A stretch of 64,000 bases of DNA, taken from the NCBI GenBank assembly GCA_903851235.1, contig CAINNR010000030.1, positions 13,210 to 77,209 on the forward strand. The letters run 5' to 3'. Shown in pieces: positions 63,001-64,000 of this stretch. The position numbers and the translations under genes are program-made. The stretch comes from an uncultured Candidatus Berkelbacteria bacterium (lineage in GTDB: Bacteria; Patescibacteriota; UBA1384; XYA2-FULL-43-10; CAINNR01). The number at the start of each line of letters is the position of its first letter. Position 1 is the stretch's first letter. Under the pieces are notes generated by a model, which was not told the origin of the DNA, made no database searches, and saw nothing but the letters and a program-made list of their open reading frames with translations.

Positions 63001-64000
63001 ATCAAATTACTATAGAAGGCAATACCGAAATTGCACGGACCATGATGATTAACAATAACTGCTGCGGTGAAAAACAATTTCCAGATTTGTATTATGCAGA
63101 AAGGACTAATTCTCTTGAACTCTGGGCTCAGTTCTTTACATGGTGGTATTTGCACAATGACGAATTCCGCAAAGCGATTGCTGTTGATTCACCGGTGTCT
63201 GAACCTTGCAAACAAGTGCTCAAATTTATGTATGCTGTTTTGCAACAAACTTTTCCAAGTGTTATTCCATACGATCAAGTGACAACAACTTCTGCTGCCA
63301 ATGCCGATGTCCAAGTTGGCGTGCGACAAATTCCAGCATTGTTAACAGCAAGTGGCTCATCGCCTGGTAGTATTGATGCGATTATGCTGGAAGCCGGTTT
63401 TAAGAAAACCAGCCAATTAATCAAAACCGAATCGGTTGTGCCCCTAACTTCAACTGTTTTTACCTCTGACCAAATTATTAATGGCAATTGGGTCAAGGCG
63501 AACTATAGCAAAGCTTCATTTTCTGACAAAGTCGCTGTGCAATATCAGGCAATGACGAGCACAATCAAGTCTTCAATTATCGCTCAAAATATTTCCAACC
63601 TCGCTACAACTGCCATAAACAAATTCAATCAAGCTTACGATGCTTTGTTAAAAGAATTTGGTTGGTATAGAAATACTGGCAATGTTAAAGGTACCATAGT
63701 AGATGAAAGTGGCGTCGGAATTGCCAATATGACGGTAGAGTTTGCCGGCAAATATGCCCTGACTGATCAAAAAGGTGCTTATTCCATCACCAATGTTCAG
63801 TCGGGCGAGACAGAGGTTGATTCCGTTAAAGATCTCTACACTCAAGAAGAGTATACAATATTAAATCCGGACAGAATCACTATCACCGCTTCGCGAACCG
63901 CCCAAATAACTAGTAAAATTAAATTTATCAAAGTCAAATTAAGCGGAAAAATTACCAGCAAAAACGGCACAGCCCAGAAGAATTTTAAAATATTATTTAC
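60069..64000 (+). CDS. Very large (>1300 aa, 3'-partial) membrane-anchored surface protein with carboxypeptidase-regulatory-like repeats and an HEXXH peptidase domain
   Basis: Absent from the track, apparently because it has no stop in the window. GTG 60069 gives MVKRVKISKRTKIISIVFATLIVLFFGVVTILA; same frame has HEYAH (62937-62951) and is open at the window end. Frame spot-checked, not read codon by codon. Confidence 0.85.
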   Translation, partial: MVKRVKISKRTKIISIVFATLIVLFFGVVTILARTGVINIRMLADSLTGSTTQNVVITAIDQSNRAVVGVLAGATKLPSGTPFTGITDSTGKWITTLENGNYNFTVAASPECQGILNNQIVTSAVTNFTIKISCSTTPDPAKAIIKGKVLDKSTASAIVTASVTTDVGSYSVITGSDGSYQLSVDPGVYNLTATKSGFHQSGSPINTGSLKAGTTFNAPNILMGKDSTTGGTGGVVGTDNFDVFGNVVLDSSESTAIKANIKLACSYISKDGKVVSSPATTISSSDTFQTVNSLKYNFRFESLPKKYNDADFQKCYLSIIPGDGSVLDSYGTTEVSYTTTNALGKIANLPPIGKDAAYFYKIGLKIKDGKNSLRVMGKITNSTGQLANNVNVSLSSASGDVSTTSVAVSQDPKPFNYSGITNYKFDLANFTLGSELKLNLFGAGIQPQTIDIADKIKTGSATLQLDSIGGYYIVVDTSVNKNPDVAMNMFTGNVATKYQIRYSDSDPSESSIPRYDNVANATIKYTISNLALKYSSSGQLLTDSSGNFVIDNIPVSTIASDSGKMIEINLIIDKDGYKELTNNEKYANSVKPMSDNFTIELQVKENYQMCIHAVDKNNKPLNYSRVLVVVGDVGKLSTRGDYFKGTGMLVATFTESLVQNGNWSMSLENFREVLIHSGGNLTIDPSVKFSLFIIPWNEPDDKYFPVNRSLLVDGLELIKMTGGIIDTYLSASCENVKVNFDSPVEPTNNYTIDLYDAETGNPINAKDENAIISIGNIFSDNTERMVDGSYYTQEYSSAIMNRLTIKIKSTRDISRPKLLYYSGEHYKLIDSGVDIGNSGFPLKLYLLNYNRANSGMTCVEYSGFKFCGLKIPTMDILTGEQKLTLEKIAKVLSAIKTAASDTRSVPIYIQTKPFDRARAHSSSIGINHAAFNGSSAYFSLAYTELNSYPRLLETAVHEYAHTIDFMSGLSEKDKYKFDQITIEGNTEIARTMMINNNCCGEKQFPDLYYAERTNSLELWAQFFTWWYLHNDEFRKAIAVDSPVSEPCKQVLKFMYAVLQQTFPSVIPYDQVTTTSAANADVQVGVRQIPALLTASGSSPGSIDAIMLEAGFKKTSQLIKTESVVPLTSTVFTSDQIINGNWVKANYSKASFSDKVAVQYQAMTSTIKSSIIAQNISNLATTAINKFNQAYDALLKEFGWYRNTGNVKGTIVDESGVGIANMTVEFAGKYALTDQKGAYSITNVQSGETEVDSVKDLYTQEEYTILNPDRITITASRTAQITSKIKFIKVKLSGKITSKNGTAQKNFKILF

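Overview
A 64-kb stretch of a small, AT-rich, reduced bacterial chromosome, most consistent with a Patescibacteria/CPR organism (DUF5652 protein, short LysS/ProS/UvrC, no pyrH between tsf and frr). It uses the standard code, with TGA as stop. The backbone is mostly + strand housekeeping genes: lysS, serS, hpf, secA, gpmI, ftsEX-CHAP-ctpA, rplI, lemA/htpX, typA, ligA, gatCAB, htrA, rpsB-tsf-frr-rseP-proS, uvrC and tpiA-gap...pgk-fba, plus a minus-strand rpmE-prfA-prmC block. Overlaid on it are: (1) about 14 small self-contained expression units (sigma70-like promoter, strong SD, mostly orphan ORF, hairpin terminator), many antisense inside host operons and several fused exactly to host start or stop codons; (2) two nuclease-fold genes (NYN and a frameshifted DUF3800) each overlapped at the 3' end by a predicted antisense structured small RNA with its own promoter and terminator; (3) a two-subunit [FeFe]-hydrogenase inside the glycolysis cluster; (4) a rhuM insertion that appears to have replaced the 5' end of pgk; (5) heliorhodopsin, desulfoferrodoxin and a >1300-aa surface protein with a lethal-factor-like HEXXH domain; (6) three families of miniature palindromic repeats, one of which seems to have entered coding sequences in frame. 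I saw no rRNA, tRNA, CRISPR array, integrase or transposase. All calls were made by eye, without database searches.
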